From: Hypanus sabinus
Taxonomy: Eukaryota
Assembly (NCBI RefSeq): GCF_030144855.1
Contig: NC_082730.1
Coordinates: forward strand, 13,206,001-13,270,000
Reading direction: 5' to 3'
DNA: 64,000 nt
Part shown: one piece after another, positions 49,901-63,137 of the stretch
Numbering within the stretch: position 1 is the stretch's first letter
Layout of the letters: the number at the start of each line of letters is the position of its first letter
Position numbers and translations under genes: made by a program
The notes under the pieces: model-generated
Told to the model about the DNA's origin: nothing
The model's database searches: none
The model's input: the letters and a program-made list of their open reading frames with translations, nothing else

Positions 49901-52900
49901 AGCAGTCTATGTGATTTCAATACTTAAGAGAAGTTTGAATAGGTACATGGATAGTAGCGATATGGAGGACTATGATCCCGGTGCAGGTTGCTGAAGGTGG
50001 GCAGATTAAATGGTTTTGGCATCATCTAGATGGATCAAAGGGCCTGTTTCTGTGCTGTACTTCTCTATGACTCTATCATGTACAGTACTGTGAAAAGACT
50101 CGGGCACATGTAAAAAAATTCTGTAAAGCGAAAATATTTTAAAAATAATGAAATGAAAGTATTATGAATATCAAAAAAATGATGAAAAGCTAAATCAAAT
50201 CAATATTTGGTGTGATCACACTTTGCCTTTAAAGCTACATCTGCAGCTTTATAAGGAAATTGACTGGTGGGTTCTTCCAAGGATCTTGGAGAACTTGCCA
50301 CAGTTCTTCTGAAAGACTTTGACTGTCTCAGTTGCTTCAGTCTCTCTAGGTTATCCCAGACGGCCTTAATCATGTTGAGATCAGGGCTCTTTGGAGGCCA
50401 TATCATCAGTTGCAGATCTCCTTGTTCTTATTTTTTGCTGAAGGTAGTTCTTTATGACCTTAGCCATGTGTTTGGGGTCATTGGCATGCTGCAGAATGAA
50501 GTTGGGACTGATCAGACACCTCCCTGATGGATGAGAAGTTGCTTGTACTTCTCAACATTGAAGATTCCAGTAATTCTAACCAGACCATCAAATCTATTTG
50601 CAGAAATGCCGCTGCAATCCTGCAGGGGACCCCTGCCATGCTTCACTGTTGGCTGCAGACACTCATCCATGTCACACTCGCTAGCTCTTCTACAGACAAA
50701 CTGCCTCCTGTCCGAGTCAAAAGGTTCGAATTCTGACTCACCGGTCCAGAGCGCTTGCTGCCATTGTTCAACACCCCAGTCTTTACGTCTGTAGATGAGT
50801 CTCTTGGCTTTGCTTCAACTTTGGAGGAATGCTTTTTGGCAGCAACTCTTCCATGAAGACCACTCCCGACAATATTACTTTGGACTATAGAGGGTTGTAC
50901 TTGTTTTTGTACGTTCAGAGCTGATAGCATTTCTGATCATCTGCTTTGGAGAAACCTTACTGATGCAAGATATCGCACTGTGTCTTGTTGCTATTGACTT
51001 CTCTTGCCATGGTTTAAAAATTGATGATTTGAAGGTTAAACTGTGAGACCTGCCACACCCTCTCCTTTTAGTTTGCTTGTCCTTTGCCCAGTTTGATTCC
51101 TTCTACACCCGTTACTGTTTCAGTTAAATCAGTTTAGTTCATTCAACTCATTATGTCATTGGTCATTAGCAGGTGATTGTCATCGTTGTTTAATCATGCA
51201 CTGGATGATATACTGTACTTACATGGTAATCAAGTTTTATTTGAAAAGTGGTCTATTACTTAATATATTACTTTCTTTAACAAAACCTAAAAATTTCTCT
51301 GTAACATTAAATTTTTTTGGGAGAATGAATGTTGGGAAATCTAAACTTGCTCTTTTCTACTGACACACTAATGCAAAAGACAAATATTAAACATCTAAAA
51401 CAAACTTTATATGAAAAAATCTAGCAAGCCTAAGACTTTTGCACTGTACTGTATTGCCAAGAAAAAGGCTCTTTGGCCACTGTGTTCAGTCAGTGGGTGG
51501 GAGACTGATAGTTTCCCCATGAAATGCTCTCTTGGAAGAAGGTAGGAGAATGGGGTTCAGAGGAAAAATAAATCAACTAGGATGGAATGGCAGAAAAGTT
51601 TTGATAAGTTAAATGTTCTAATTTTGCTTCTGTGTCTTATTCTGGGTCAGAATGAACCACAGGAAGAGCGAGGTCATGCTCTTTGGGAACAGGCCCAACC
51701 TTTCAATGATCCCCTTCGCCGTCAGACCGGGCTACCTGAGCTGCTGAGTTCCTGCAGTATTTTGTGTTCATTGCAACCATTTAACTAATTTCTGTATCAG
51801 AAACTGTTCTCTTCCCTCTCATTCCTGATGCAGGGTCTGAATCTGACTTGCACCTTTCACATCTACAGTTGCAAAGTGACCTCCTCAGTCCTATTAGTGT
51901 TTCATGTCTTGTTTCAGTGTCTAGAATCTGTTGTCTCTTCTGTCTTCTCTGATAACTCTTTGGGAAGTGAAGGTTACATCATGATCAATATGTTCATTAT
52001 GGAACTACAGTCCAGCTGGTACCCTTGCCTTAAACCTAAGCCTTACCTGTGGTAACCTTGAGCAATACAATGTCTGAATCATGAACAGTGTGCTGAAAAT
52101 CTAAATATCCACATGAGTATATCCCTGAATCGTTCTCCACAAGTTCTCTCATAGTTACAAAGACAGATCCATTCTGTCTTTTGATTGATGTTCTTCTATC
52201 GGCTTTATGGGTGACAGTTCCCACTATGATAGTGCAATGTCTTGAGGAGTATGCTTTACACCAGACTATGTTTCTCCATTCCGGCGCATGTGGACATTCC
52301 ATTGTGACTGTTTCTCCCACTCCTGCTCGTATCACCATCTTGGAAACTTGCGCCAATGAATCTGTCAGTAAAATTTAAAGTCAAGATATTAATATTTATT
52401 TATTGATTTTGTTTTATTTACAGATATAGCACAGCAACAGGCCCTATTGGCCCAATGAGCCTGCGCAGCCCTATTGCACCCATATAACCAATTAACCGTC
52501 TAACTTGTATGCCTTTAGAATGTGGGACAAAACCAGAGCACGTGGAGGAAACACACACAGTCACAAGACGAATGAACAAGCTGCGTGCAGACAGTATCGG
52601 GAATTGAACCTGGATCGCTAGTGCTGTAATAGTGATACGTAGAATATAAAATACTACAGCACAGTAGAGAAAGCGGTGGATTTGACCCTGGATCACTAGC
52701 ATTGTAATAGCATTACATAGAACACTACAGCAGCTTACAGATACTTTGGCCCATGATATTGAGTCAATATTTTAATCTACACTCAAATCAATCTAACCCT
52801 ACACAGCTGTCTATTTTTTCCCCTATCATCTCTGTGTCTATCTAAGGGTCTCTTAAATGTCTCTTATGTACCTGCTCTACCATCAACCCTGGCAGGGCAT

Positions 52901-54119
52901 TCCAACAATCACCCAATTTAAGTTTAGAAATAATCTACCCTTGACGTCCCCCCTCTTCCCTCCACCAATAACCTTACATTATGCCCCTTGTATTAGCCAA
53001 TTCACATTGGAAAATGTCTCCAACTGTCCACTTGATTAATGCCTCTTATCATCTTGTACACCTCTATCATGTCACCTCTCATCTTCCTTCAGTCCAAAGT
53101 GAAGAGCCCCGACTCACTGGACCCACCTTTGTACAACTCGTCTAATCCTGGCAGGAGCCTGGTAAATCTCCAATAACCATGACACCTCCATGCGGATAAT
53201 TCATAGAATCTGAGCAAAATATTTCCATAAACACGTTTCATGTAACTTAATCTCTGCTCACTTCTCCAGATCAACAGCTAATTATTATTACAACATAAAA
53301 TGAAGCCATTTCAGCCCTTTGGGTCTATGCAGTTTCATTTCCCACCAGTCCTTACAAAGAGCTGCTATAGACTAGATGGATCAAATAGCCTCCCACCATA
53401 CCGAACCCATTCTATACTCTCATTTTCTGATGTGATGGCCCTCAGTTCTTAACGGACTAGACAGTCATTACTGTGTTGCCTATTGTGGAAGTTTGCAATG
53501 CACAAATTGGCTGTTGGGTTTTCTGCATACCTTCGCACTTCAAAACTACTTCGTTGTTTGTGAAGTGTGCTGTGGAATTTTCACAGACCTGTGGATTAAG
53601 TACCATAGAAATAGGTCCTTCTGCTCACTGAGTCTGTGCAGACCATGAAATACTCACTTCCATGAATCCCTTTCTCTTCCCCTCAGGCTCCCATCAACAC
53701 CCCCTAGATACCATGGAGAATTATCCGATCATGCTGTATATCTTTGGGATGTGGGACGGTGGGGTAATTCGAAAACCCGGAGGAAACTCACACAGGGAGA
53801 CATACCACACCAAAGAACTGGAGGACAGATTAGTCCAAAAGCAAACCCTCTGTGCTGCACGTACTCCATAGAATTTCTTTATGAATCCACCCCTCCACTA
53901 CCTTTGTCTCAGCTCACTATACCTCGTACTGAAAAGTAAAATTGATTGTCACCTTTCCTGATCCCTGTTGCTTATTCTCAGCAGTAGTGTTTCACCCCAT
54001 GTCTGGATATCAATGACAATTTTTAAGGTTATATATAACTAGATACTATAGGTCAATATACGTGAAAAGATATTCTTACTTGAAATCACAGAGATCAATA
54101 GCAGAGCAGCAAACAGCAT
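37775..54119 (-). CDS. Gene 2: duplicated CD300/pIgR-like ectodomain joined to a different, probably frameshifted TM exon (short-tailed receptor, decoy or pseudogene)
   Basis: Exons 54119-54080, 52361-52047, 48395-48084 and 46382-46343 are intact paralogs of gene 1 exons 1-4. The nearest phase-compatible hydrophobic exon downstream starts at 37913. Read as-is to the TAG at 37775-37777, the join gives 281 aa with no ITIM. The link between the stalk exon and the TM exon is inferred. Confidence 0.6.
38690..39140 (-). mobile_element. Penelope-like 3' end
   Basis: Reverse complement of the 25900-26340 terminus. Confidence 0.75.
40900..41260 (-). mobile_element. Gypsy 3' internal end + polypurine tract + LTR start
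   Basis: On the minus strand, agcagggaggag (PPT) is immediately followed by tgttgtgtatttaatatttcag at 41068. Confidence 0.6.
41260..43150 (+). mobile_element. CR1 LINE ORF2 (RT) to 3' end, degenerate
   Basis: DKSPGADGMHP, NYRPVSLTSVV, SQHGFLKGKCCLTN, KFADDTK and 3' UTR motifs, with stops. Confidence 0.88.
43160..44420 (+). mobile_element. Second CR1 LINE RT to 3' end, head-to-tail with the previous copy
   Basis: GKSCLTTLLEFF...YINDLDDGIDGFVAKFADDTKIG; ends ggcctaattctgctgctatgtcttatgg. Confidence 0.88.
44422..44500. repeat. ~20-bp AT-rich tandem repeat x4
   Basis: tatctataatgtgtaa / tatctataatgtataa repeated four times. Confidence 0.8.
46343..46382 (-). CDS. Gene 2 exon 4 (stalk ATIKTPEDSTDSK)
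   Basis: Acceptor ccccag|CA and donor AAA AG|gtgag; 40 nt, phase 1 to 2. Confidence 0.84.
48084..48395 (-). CDS. Gene 2 exon 3 (Ig V domain D2')
   Basis: 312 nt, open, same splice sites as gene 1 D2; 4 aa differences. Confidence 0.91.
50083..51451 (-). mobile_element. Tc1/mariner DNA transposon, duplicate copy
   Basis: Same TIRs, TA flanks and transposase remnant at offset 28845. Confidence 0.85.
52047..52361 (-). CDS. Gene 2 exon 2 (Ig V domain D1')
   Basis: Same splice sites and length (315 nt) as gene 1 D1, open frame, four Cys retained. The FG region is GYLDFQHTVHD. Confidence 0.92.
54080..54119 (-). CDS. Gene 2 exon 1 (leader)
   Basis: Identical to 25232-25271 (offset 28848), with the same gtaag donor. 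Confidence 0.87.
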
Positions 54120-57100
54120 TGTTCCAGTGACGGTCCTCTGTTTCCAGTGACTGCGTCTACAATATACATTTCTTCCTCTTTTTTTAAAAGATCTGTCATG
54201 GCTTGCATCATTTCCTCTTAAATTAACAAATGTCTTTGCAATGTCAAACAAAAAATGGGACATTAACAAATGTCTTTTTTCTCATGTTACTGTGTATATT
54301 GTTAATAGTTTCCAGTTTGGGGAAACTGGAAGATGACTCTTAATTGAATATAACTGCACACAGAGACGAGAACAGCTGCTAAAAAAGTAGCATTACCTTC
54401 AGGTTGGAGGCTACCCAGACGGTATATAACCTGAGTTTGGATTCATCTTGACGGTAGAGGAGGCCATGGATAGACATATCAGAATGGGAATGGGATGTGG
54501 AATTAAGATGTGTGGCCCGACTCAGACTGGGAAACCGTTTTGCTGAACACCTACGCTCCGTCCGCCAGAGAAAGCAGGATCTCCCAGTGGCCACACATTT
54601 TAATTCCACGTCCCATTCCCATTCTGATATGTCTATTCATGGCCTCCTCTACTGCCAAGATAAAGCCACACTCAGGTTGGAGGAACAACACCTTATATAG
54701 CAGCTGGGTAGCCTCCAAACTGATGGCATGAACATTGACTTCTCTAACTTCTGCCAATGTCCCTCCTCCCCTTCTTACCCCATCCCTGATATATTTAGTT
54801 TTCCCCCCTCCCTTTTTTTCCTCTCTTTCTGTCCATCACTTTACCTGTAATCCATCTCCCTCTGGTGCTCCCCTCCCCGTTTCTTTCTCCCTAGGCCTCC
54901 CGTCCCATGATCCTTTCCCTTCTCCAGCTCTGTATCCCTTTTACCAATCACCTTTCCAGCTCGCAGCTTCACCCCACCCTCTCTGGTCTTCTCCTATCAT
55001 TTTGCATTTTCCCCTCCCCCCACTACTTTCAAATCTCTTACTATCTTTCCTTTCAGTTAGTCCTGACGAAGGGACTCGGCCCAAAATATCGACAGAGCTT
55101 CTCCTTATAGATGCTGCCTGGCCTGCTGTGTTCCACCAGCATTTTGTGTGTGTTGCTTGAATTTCTAGCATCTGCAGATTTCCTCGTGTTTGCTGTGTGT
55201 AAGTTTGTTGTTGAGTTTCTTGAGTTACAATTTGTGAACTATTTTAGTAACAGTCTGAAAGCAATGTAGAAGGTAAAATAGGTGTTGTTCCTTCAACCTG
55301 AGTGTGGATTCATCTTGCCAGTAGAGGAGGCCATGGATAGACATATCAGAATGGGAATGGGACGTGGAATTAAAATGTGTGGCCCGACGCAGACTGGGAA
55401 ACCGTTTTGCTGAGCACCTATGCTCTGTCCGCCAGAGAAAGCAGGATCTCCCAGTGGCCACACATTTTAATTCAACGTCCCATTCCCATTCTGATATGTC
55501 TATCCATTCCTGCAGATTTCCTCGTGTTTGCTGTGTGTAAGTTTGTTGTTGAGTTTCTTGTGTTACAATTTGTGAACTCTTTTAGTAACATTCTGAAAGG
55601 GATGTAGAAGGTAAAATAGAAATAAAACTCTTAATTTTCCTTTATCATTTCATCTCACTCATTGATGGCTTCTAATGAATTAGAACTCTGCTGGGAATTA
55701 AAATTGCAAGCGAACTCAACCATGGCCATTCTGATCTCCATCTAAACTCAGAATAAAATATTTGCACACCTGATCCGGAAGCGTTTTGCGAAAGTTGGAG
55801 GGAAAACTCATAGGCTGTGCGATATCGGTTCTGACAAAAAAAAAGACATCTGACTGACACATGTCATGCAGATCGTATCAAGTACAACCATGCCTAAGCC
55901 TGACCCATAAACACAAGAGATGTTTCAGAAGCTGGAGATCCAGAGTAACACGCACAAAAGTTAGAGGAACAAAACAGATGAGGCAGCATCTATGGAGAGG
56001 AATAGAGACTTGACGTTTCAGGTGAGACCCTTAATGAACCCTGATGAAGAGTGTTGGTCTGAAATGTCTTTTTATTCTTCTCCATAGATGCTGCTTAACC
56101 TGTTGAGTTCATCCAGCATTTTGTGTGTGTTGCTAAGCCTAACCCAAATGTTTTAGCAGAAAATACACCAATTCGACTTGTACCTAGCTTACGTAGTCCG
56201 GTATGCATGAAGTAGTCATAATCTGACCTGGAATTCCAATCTTATCCCCTTGTCATTATTAGCTTTTAATAATGCATTAAAACTCATCTTTTTAATAGGT
56301 TCACATCAGGACATTGCTCCTTTGTCTTACAACCAGATTTGCATCACTGCTTTTCAGTGAAGAACAGCCACTTTATAATTTAGTACCTGTGTGCTGTCTA
56401 TCCATGTAGATGAATATACAAATTTGAACTCACAGTGAGTAACATTACCGAAGAGAAGTTCAGTATTCCAGTGATGGGTCTTTGGATTAGTGATGGATCA
56501 CCAATTTGTACTGAGAACCCATTCCTACGACAGTCCAAAGATGTGCTGGGGGCAGCCTACAAGTCACGCCATATATCCGGCACCAACATAGCATGCCTAC
56601 AACTTACTAACCCTAACTCGTACATTTTTGAAATGTGGGAGGGGGCTGGAGCAGCCAGAGGGAACCCAGTTGGTCATGGAGAAAACATATAAACTCCTTA
56701 CTGGCAATGACAGGAATTGAAAGCAGATTGCTGGTCTTGCAGAGTGTTACACAAATTGCTACATGCAATGTCAACATTCATTTCAAGAGGACTGGAATAT
56801 AAAGGCAAGGATGTTATGTTGAAACTGTATAAAGCACTGGTGAGGCCTCACTTGGAGTGCTGTGAGCCCATTATCCTCAAAAGAGTGTGCTGAAACTGTA
56901 GAGGGTTTTAAGGTGGTTCACAAAAATGATTCCAAGATTGAACAGCTTGATATAATGTAAAGATTTTTACTCATCATGTGTGTGAAGGATGTAAGAAATA
57001 GTGAATTCAATTCATATGAAGAGTGTTTGGTGGCTCAGGGCCTGTATTCACTGGAATGCAGAAGAAAGAGGGGTGACCTAATTGAAGTCTATCGAATATT

Positions 57101-60100
57101 TAAAGGTTTTGATAGAGTTGATGTGGAGAGGATGTTTCCTATGGTGAGAGCACCTGAGACCAGAGTTTACAGCCTCAGAATAGAGGGGTGTCCTTTTAGA
57201 ATGAGCATGAGCAGGAAATTCTTCAGCCAGAGGGTGGTGAATCTGTGGAAATGTTGCCACAGGCAGAGGTTGATAGATTCTTGATTGGTCAGGGCATGAA
57301 GAGGTATGGGGAGAGGGCTGGAGACTGGGGCTGAGAGGAATAATGCATCAGCCTTAATGAAATGGTAGAACAATCTTGATGGGCCAAATGGCCTAATTCT
57401 GCTCCTATACCTTATTGTTTTGTTGCCGTGCTGCCCTTCAATGCCGCTGTGCCACTCTTCACTTGGTGCCCTTGTTGACACCAAGGAATTTAAAACTACA
57501 GACCCTCTCTATTTCTGTTCTGTTGACACTGGCTCATAGACCTCAAGCTTCTGTCTCCTGGGCTGGGTCTCTCACTTCCTCATAAGCGAACAAATATCTT
57601 TGCAACATGGCGTAGAGTACAAGGCATTGAGATATATCCTGCTTCACAACTTGCTGTGGCCATGTTAACCAAGTTCCATTTTAAGCACATTAACTGTTGC
57701 TGACTGATGCTTGACAATTTGTCCGAAAGTCAACACATTCACAGAGAAAGGATGCTGCTCACACCAGGAACTAACTCAGAGGCTTCAACTGGAAACATAA
57801 TTTTTCAATTTGTTATTTGAAATTTATTTTCCATATTCACCTCTATTAAAGTGGAAGAAAGCTTTTAGGTTCTAAACACAGAAAATTGATGCTGGTGCAG
57901 CTGGTATTTTGGATATTTTGTGTAGTCCTATTGCAGTTGTGGAAGAAAAATAGAGGGTATGGGTAATCCTAGATAATTTCTAAAGTAAGTACATGTTTGG
58001 CATAGCATTGTGGGCCGATGGGCCTGTATTGTGCTGCAGGTTTTCTATGTTTCTTTGTGGTGGTTATTATAAAACTACACGTGGCACCGTGAAGTACAGA
58101 TTGAAAGGGCCATCTATATTGTTGCAGATCTGGAGTTAATTGTGGATAAGATTCGATGCTGAAATTAGTTTTGTTATTTGTTAAGCACATATTTCCCTCT
58201 CTACCCCTCTCTGCTTTTTGCAGGTATTGTTCCCTCCGCAACTGCCTGGTCCACATGTCCCTCCCCACAGATCTCCCACCTGGTACTTATCCCTGGAGGC
58301 AGAAGTGCTACACCTGTCCCTACACCTCCCCTCTTTCCACTATTCAGGGCCCCAAACAGTCCTTCCAGGTGAGGCAACACTTCACTTGTGAGTCTGCTGG
58401 AGTCATCTTGCATCCGGTGCTCCCGGTGCGGCTTCCTCTACATCGGCGAGACCCGATGCAGATTGGGGGACAGCTTCGTCGAGCACCTCCACTCCGTCCG
58501 CCACAACAGAACAGATCTCCCGGTTGCCACCCACTTCAACTCAGCTTCACATTCCCATTCGGATATGACCATACATGGCCACCTCTACTGCCATGATGAG
58601 GCCAAACTCAGGTTGGAGGAGCAACACCTCATATACCGTCCGGGTATGAACATCGAATTCTCCAACTTCCCGTAATTCCCTCCCTCTCCCTTCACCCATC
58701 CCACTTTCACTCTGCCTCCTCTTCCAGCTGCCTACCACATCTCTCATGATTCTGCCTTCTACTACTACTACCCATAGTGCTTTCCCCTTACATTCCTTCT
58801 TCACCTTTCCTGCCTTTCGCCTCCCTGCTTCCCCACCCCCACCCCTTGCTCTATCCTCTGATTGGTTTTTCACCTGGCACCCACCAGCCTTCTCCTTCCC
58901 ACCCTCCCCCGACCTTCTTTATAGGGCCCCTGCCCCCTCCTTCTTCAGTCCTGATGAAGGGTCTCAGCCCAAAACGTTGACTGCTCGTCTCAACGGATGC
59001 TGTCCGACCTGCTGAGTTTCTCCAGCGTGTTGTACGTATTGATTTGACCACAGCGTCCGCAGTGTACTTGTGTTTAGTTTTGTTATTGTCAGTTGCACTG
59101 AGGCATTGTGAAAAAAAGACTTTCTTCCGCATTCCATCTGCACAGATCATTTAATTCACACATTGCATCGAGGGAGTACAATGGAAAGGCTTTAACATTT
59201 TGCAGAATACCTCGTTACAGCTCCAGAGAAAGTGCAGCGCAGACAATGAAGTGGAAGGCAACAGTGAGGATCTTGCTGACCCCTGTGTGGTCGTTGGAGA
59301 AGAAAACTGAGGATCTGAGGACAAGACTGCTGTATCAGAGATAAGAAAAATCTCAGTTGTTTGTTGTATCGGAACTTGGACAGGCCAGCTGCAGCAGTCA
59401 GACCAGAAGGATCTATGATTTACAGAATTGACCGAAGTGTGGACTCACGTAAGGCAAAGGGTGGAGTCGTGTGTTTTATGGTCAGATCTTGTCAGTGCTC
59501 TGACTTGGCAATTCTGTCAAACAGTGTACAATCGTCTTGGAACACCTAAAGATCAATTGCAGACCTATCTATTTGCCTTGGAAGTTATCATCTGTGATCT
59601 TGACAGCAGCTTGTGTATCACCAGTGGCCGGCAATAAACAAGCACTCACAACACTGCATGACGTCTGCAGAAAAGAAACAGCCCATGCCGACACTTTTCA
59701 AATTGTAACTGGATACTTCAACCAGCACTGTTTGAAGAATACCCTGCTCAGTTACCACTGTAGCACCAGAGGTCCCTGCATTCCAGACCACTGCTGCACT
59801 ATGTTAATGAATGGCTGCTGTTCCTTGCCCAGACTGCAATTTGGTAAATTGGATCACTTGGCTGTCCTTTTCCTCGCTATATACAGGCAGAGCCTAAAAA
59901 GCAGGGCGGCAGAGAAAAAAAAAAGAAATAAGGTGGATGATCTTGTAGATTGTCAGGTATGATGTTGTGACTGATTGACTGGAGGCAGTGAATGGGAATA
60001 AAATGGTCTTTTTCTGGTTGGCTGCCTAAGACGAGTGATGTTCAGCAGGGGTTAGTGTTGGCGCTGCTTCTTTTTATGCAGTCTATCAATGATTTAGATG

Positions 60101-63100
60101 ATGGAATAGATAGGTTTTTGCCAAATTTGCAGAATATACACAGGCTGGTGGAGGGGCAGGTAGTGTTGAGGAAGCAGGTAGGATGCAGAGTGACTTAGAT
60201 AGATTTGGAGAATGGGCAAAAGAGAGGCAAATGAAATACAATGTTGGAGAATGCATGGCCACACACTTTGCTAGAAGAATAAATATGCAGACTATTTTCT
60301 AAATGCGGAGAAAATCCAAAATCTGAGATGCAAAGGGACTTTAGAGTCCTTGTGCAGAATGCCCTAAAGGTTAACTTGCAGGTTGAGTCGGTGATGAGGA
60401 AGGCAAATGCAATGTTAACATTCATTTCAAGAGTTCTAGAATACGAGAACAGGAATGTGATGCTGAGGCTTTATAAGGCACTTGTGAGGCCTCATGTTGA
60501 GTGTTGTGAACAGTTTTTGGGCTTCTCATCTACGAAAAGATGTGCTTGCATTGGAGAGGATTCAGAGGAGATACACAAGAATGATCTGGGAATGAAAGGG
60601 TTATCATACAAGGAATGTTTGATAGCTGTGGGTCTGTACTTGCTGGAATTTAGAAGGCTGAGGAGATCTGATTGGAACCTTTTGAATGTCGAAAGGCCTA
60701 GACAGAGTAGATGTGGAAAGGATGTTTCCCATGGTGGGTGAGTCTAGGAATAGAGGGTACTTCCTTGGGATTGAGGAGCATCTATTTAAAACAAGAATGC
60801 GGATACATTTTTGCTGGTGAATTTGTGGAATTCATTACCACAGGCAGCTGTGGAGGCCAGGTCATTGGGAATAATGAAGGTAGAGGTGGATAGGTGAATG
60901 GACATGGCATCAAAGGTTTTGGGGAGAAGGCTGGGTAGTGGGGCTGAGAAGCCTTGACTTCTACTGCTATCCTGTGAAGTAACTCTCTTTAGCATTTTTC
61001 TAAAAACCTGGTAAGATTGTGTGCTTCTGGTAAGTGTTTTGGTTTGGCTAAAGATAAGGAGCAATGTGTCCAATTTAGGAATGTTGTATCAGCCAGTCAG
61101 GATTGTGGGATTTAGTGAAGGGGAAGACGACCATGAGGCTCGGGCTGAGCAGACATCTCAGTCACTGGTTGTATGGCAGTGCTCAGATAATGTGAAGTAA
61201 CCGAGTCTAGTAGAGAGTTTAAAGGTTCCGGTAGGTGATAACAGTGATTTTTCATAAAGGCAGAAAATCCATTAGCCACTTCAGCGAATTCCCTGCAAGC
61301 TCTGGAGGATGCTTTTGGCACAGCTGAAAGTGCAACCGATTTTAGGATGAAGTTTAGGTGCACATTCCAGGAGGAAAGAGAGTTGTTGTCTGCCATGACA
61401 CGATTGCTTGATGTATTCAAAAGACCCACAAGCTGCACTCTCCTCTGTGTTTTACTGAATTTCTTTGAGAAGTTAGATTGGAGGAAAACATGATTGAGAA
61501 GTGGAGAATTTCCAAAAGCAGAATAGTGTCTTCAGCGGTAGCCTCTTCTGTTAAAAGGGCCCCAGATGCCACGAAGATAGATCTTCTGAGGAATGAGTCG
61601 AAAACCCTTCGAGCTGAGCTGACTCGATGGATACCTGCAAATGTTTCAGCTAAATGTGACACGTCTGTTTGGAAACCCGACAAACCTGTAGGATGTGCTA
61701 AGCAGAGGATGGCTGCTGGAAAGTGCCTTTGACTGGAGAGGTGACTGGTCTTTTCTGTTACAACAGTGGAGAAGGTGGATATTTCGAGTGAGACTGTGAG
61801 TGACAGGAAAGTCTTCAAAAAGTAAGTCAGCAGTTAGTCAAAGAAGGAAGAAATCTACGGAGGGACCCAGTAAAGGAATGTTCTGGCACTTCAGAGAGAA
61901 TACGTTCCAATCAGTGTATCAAGGGAAATACTGAAGTGCAATACACTGTTCCTGATGATTTAGTGGGACCAAGCTCTGATGTATCCATATAGATTGAAGG
62001 TATTTATCTTAGAGCCATACTGGACACTTACATCACTTTACAGATCCCGCAACAACCAGTATTTGAGGCATTTACCATTGACACCACTCAGTTCCCTTGT
62101 GATTTGGGGGCTTAGTACTGCTGATTACCTGTACGATGGTTACTTATCGTTGCAACTACAATTTTCAGAAGCAGGTGTTGGAGTAACTGAGGCTTTTGAT
62201 ATCCTTGAGTAAGTCTGCCAGGAACTGGTTGAAAAAGGGGAAGCTTCATTCTTGTGGGAACAAACACTCCAATGGTGAGAAGGCTCATGAGAACATTTAA
62301 AAAGGGAGGTGAGAGAAGTTCTTTAAAACCATGTCCATGCACCCGGTGTTCAGAGCTGCTTTTGAGGAAGTGCAAGTTCCTCCTTAGCTCATTGATGAGC
62401 ATAAATGCGTAACTGTGTCGTAAACCCAGTCCAAAGCTGGCATGTTACGTCCTGAAAAAACAGCTGAAGCAACTGGATAGCCCAAGTTCCCCGGAATGCC
62501 CGATGTGAGACCCTCCTGATGGATGCTCTAGAGGATCTCGAAGAAGAGTCATGCGTAGCTTCTGGAGTGCCGGTGAGACCTGAGCTGCAGAAACCATGCC
62601 CATGCAAGCAGGGTGACAGTATTGGTGGTGGTTGCTCCAAGTGTACTCGCCACACTATTAGAGTGACGGAGGACTCCCCTTTCCAAGAGAGGTCGCGCTG
62701 TTTAGGACCAGCGGAGGTTGAACATGTTCAGCAGCCCCAGTTTAAACTGGGCTCCAGAATAATTGGGGATGAAGCTGAGTTTAGTCAAGTGGCAAGGGGA
62801 CCGGAGTGACTGGAATGAATGAGTGATAGGCGGGGGAGGCATCACCGAGAAAACAGGAACAGTACTGAGGAGTGCCCGAGGCTGAAGAAGCTGAAGATGA
62901 AATAAGATGGTCTCAGAGAGTCAGGAAACCCCCAATAGTCTGGCATATGATGTACCAGGAAAACAGTGCCCTGTCCATCCAATGGACTGCCAATATGTTA
63001 TTGCCAATTACAAATGGATTGGGGAACCTGAAATCACAAACTGCATTTGAATACCATGTTATTAATAATGGTCCAATAAGTTCCAAAGTCATGAGAATGT

Positions 63101-63137
63101 GACTATTTTAGGTTTGGGATGGGAGGAGTGGGGAGAG

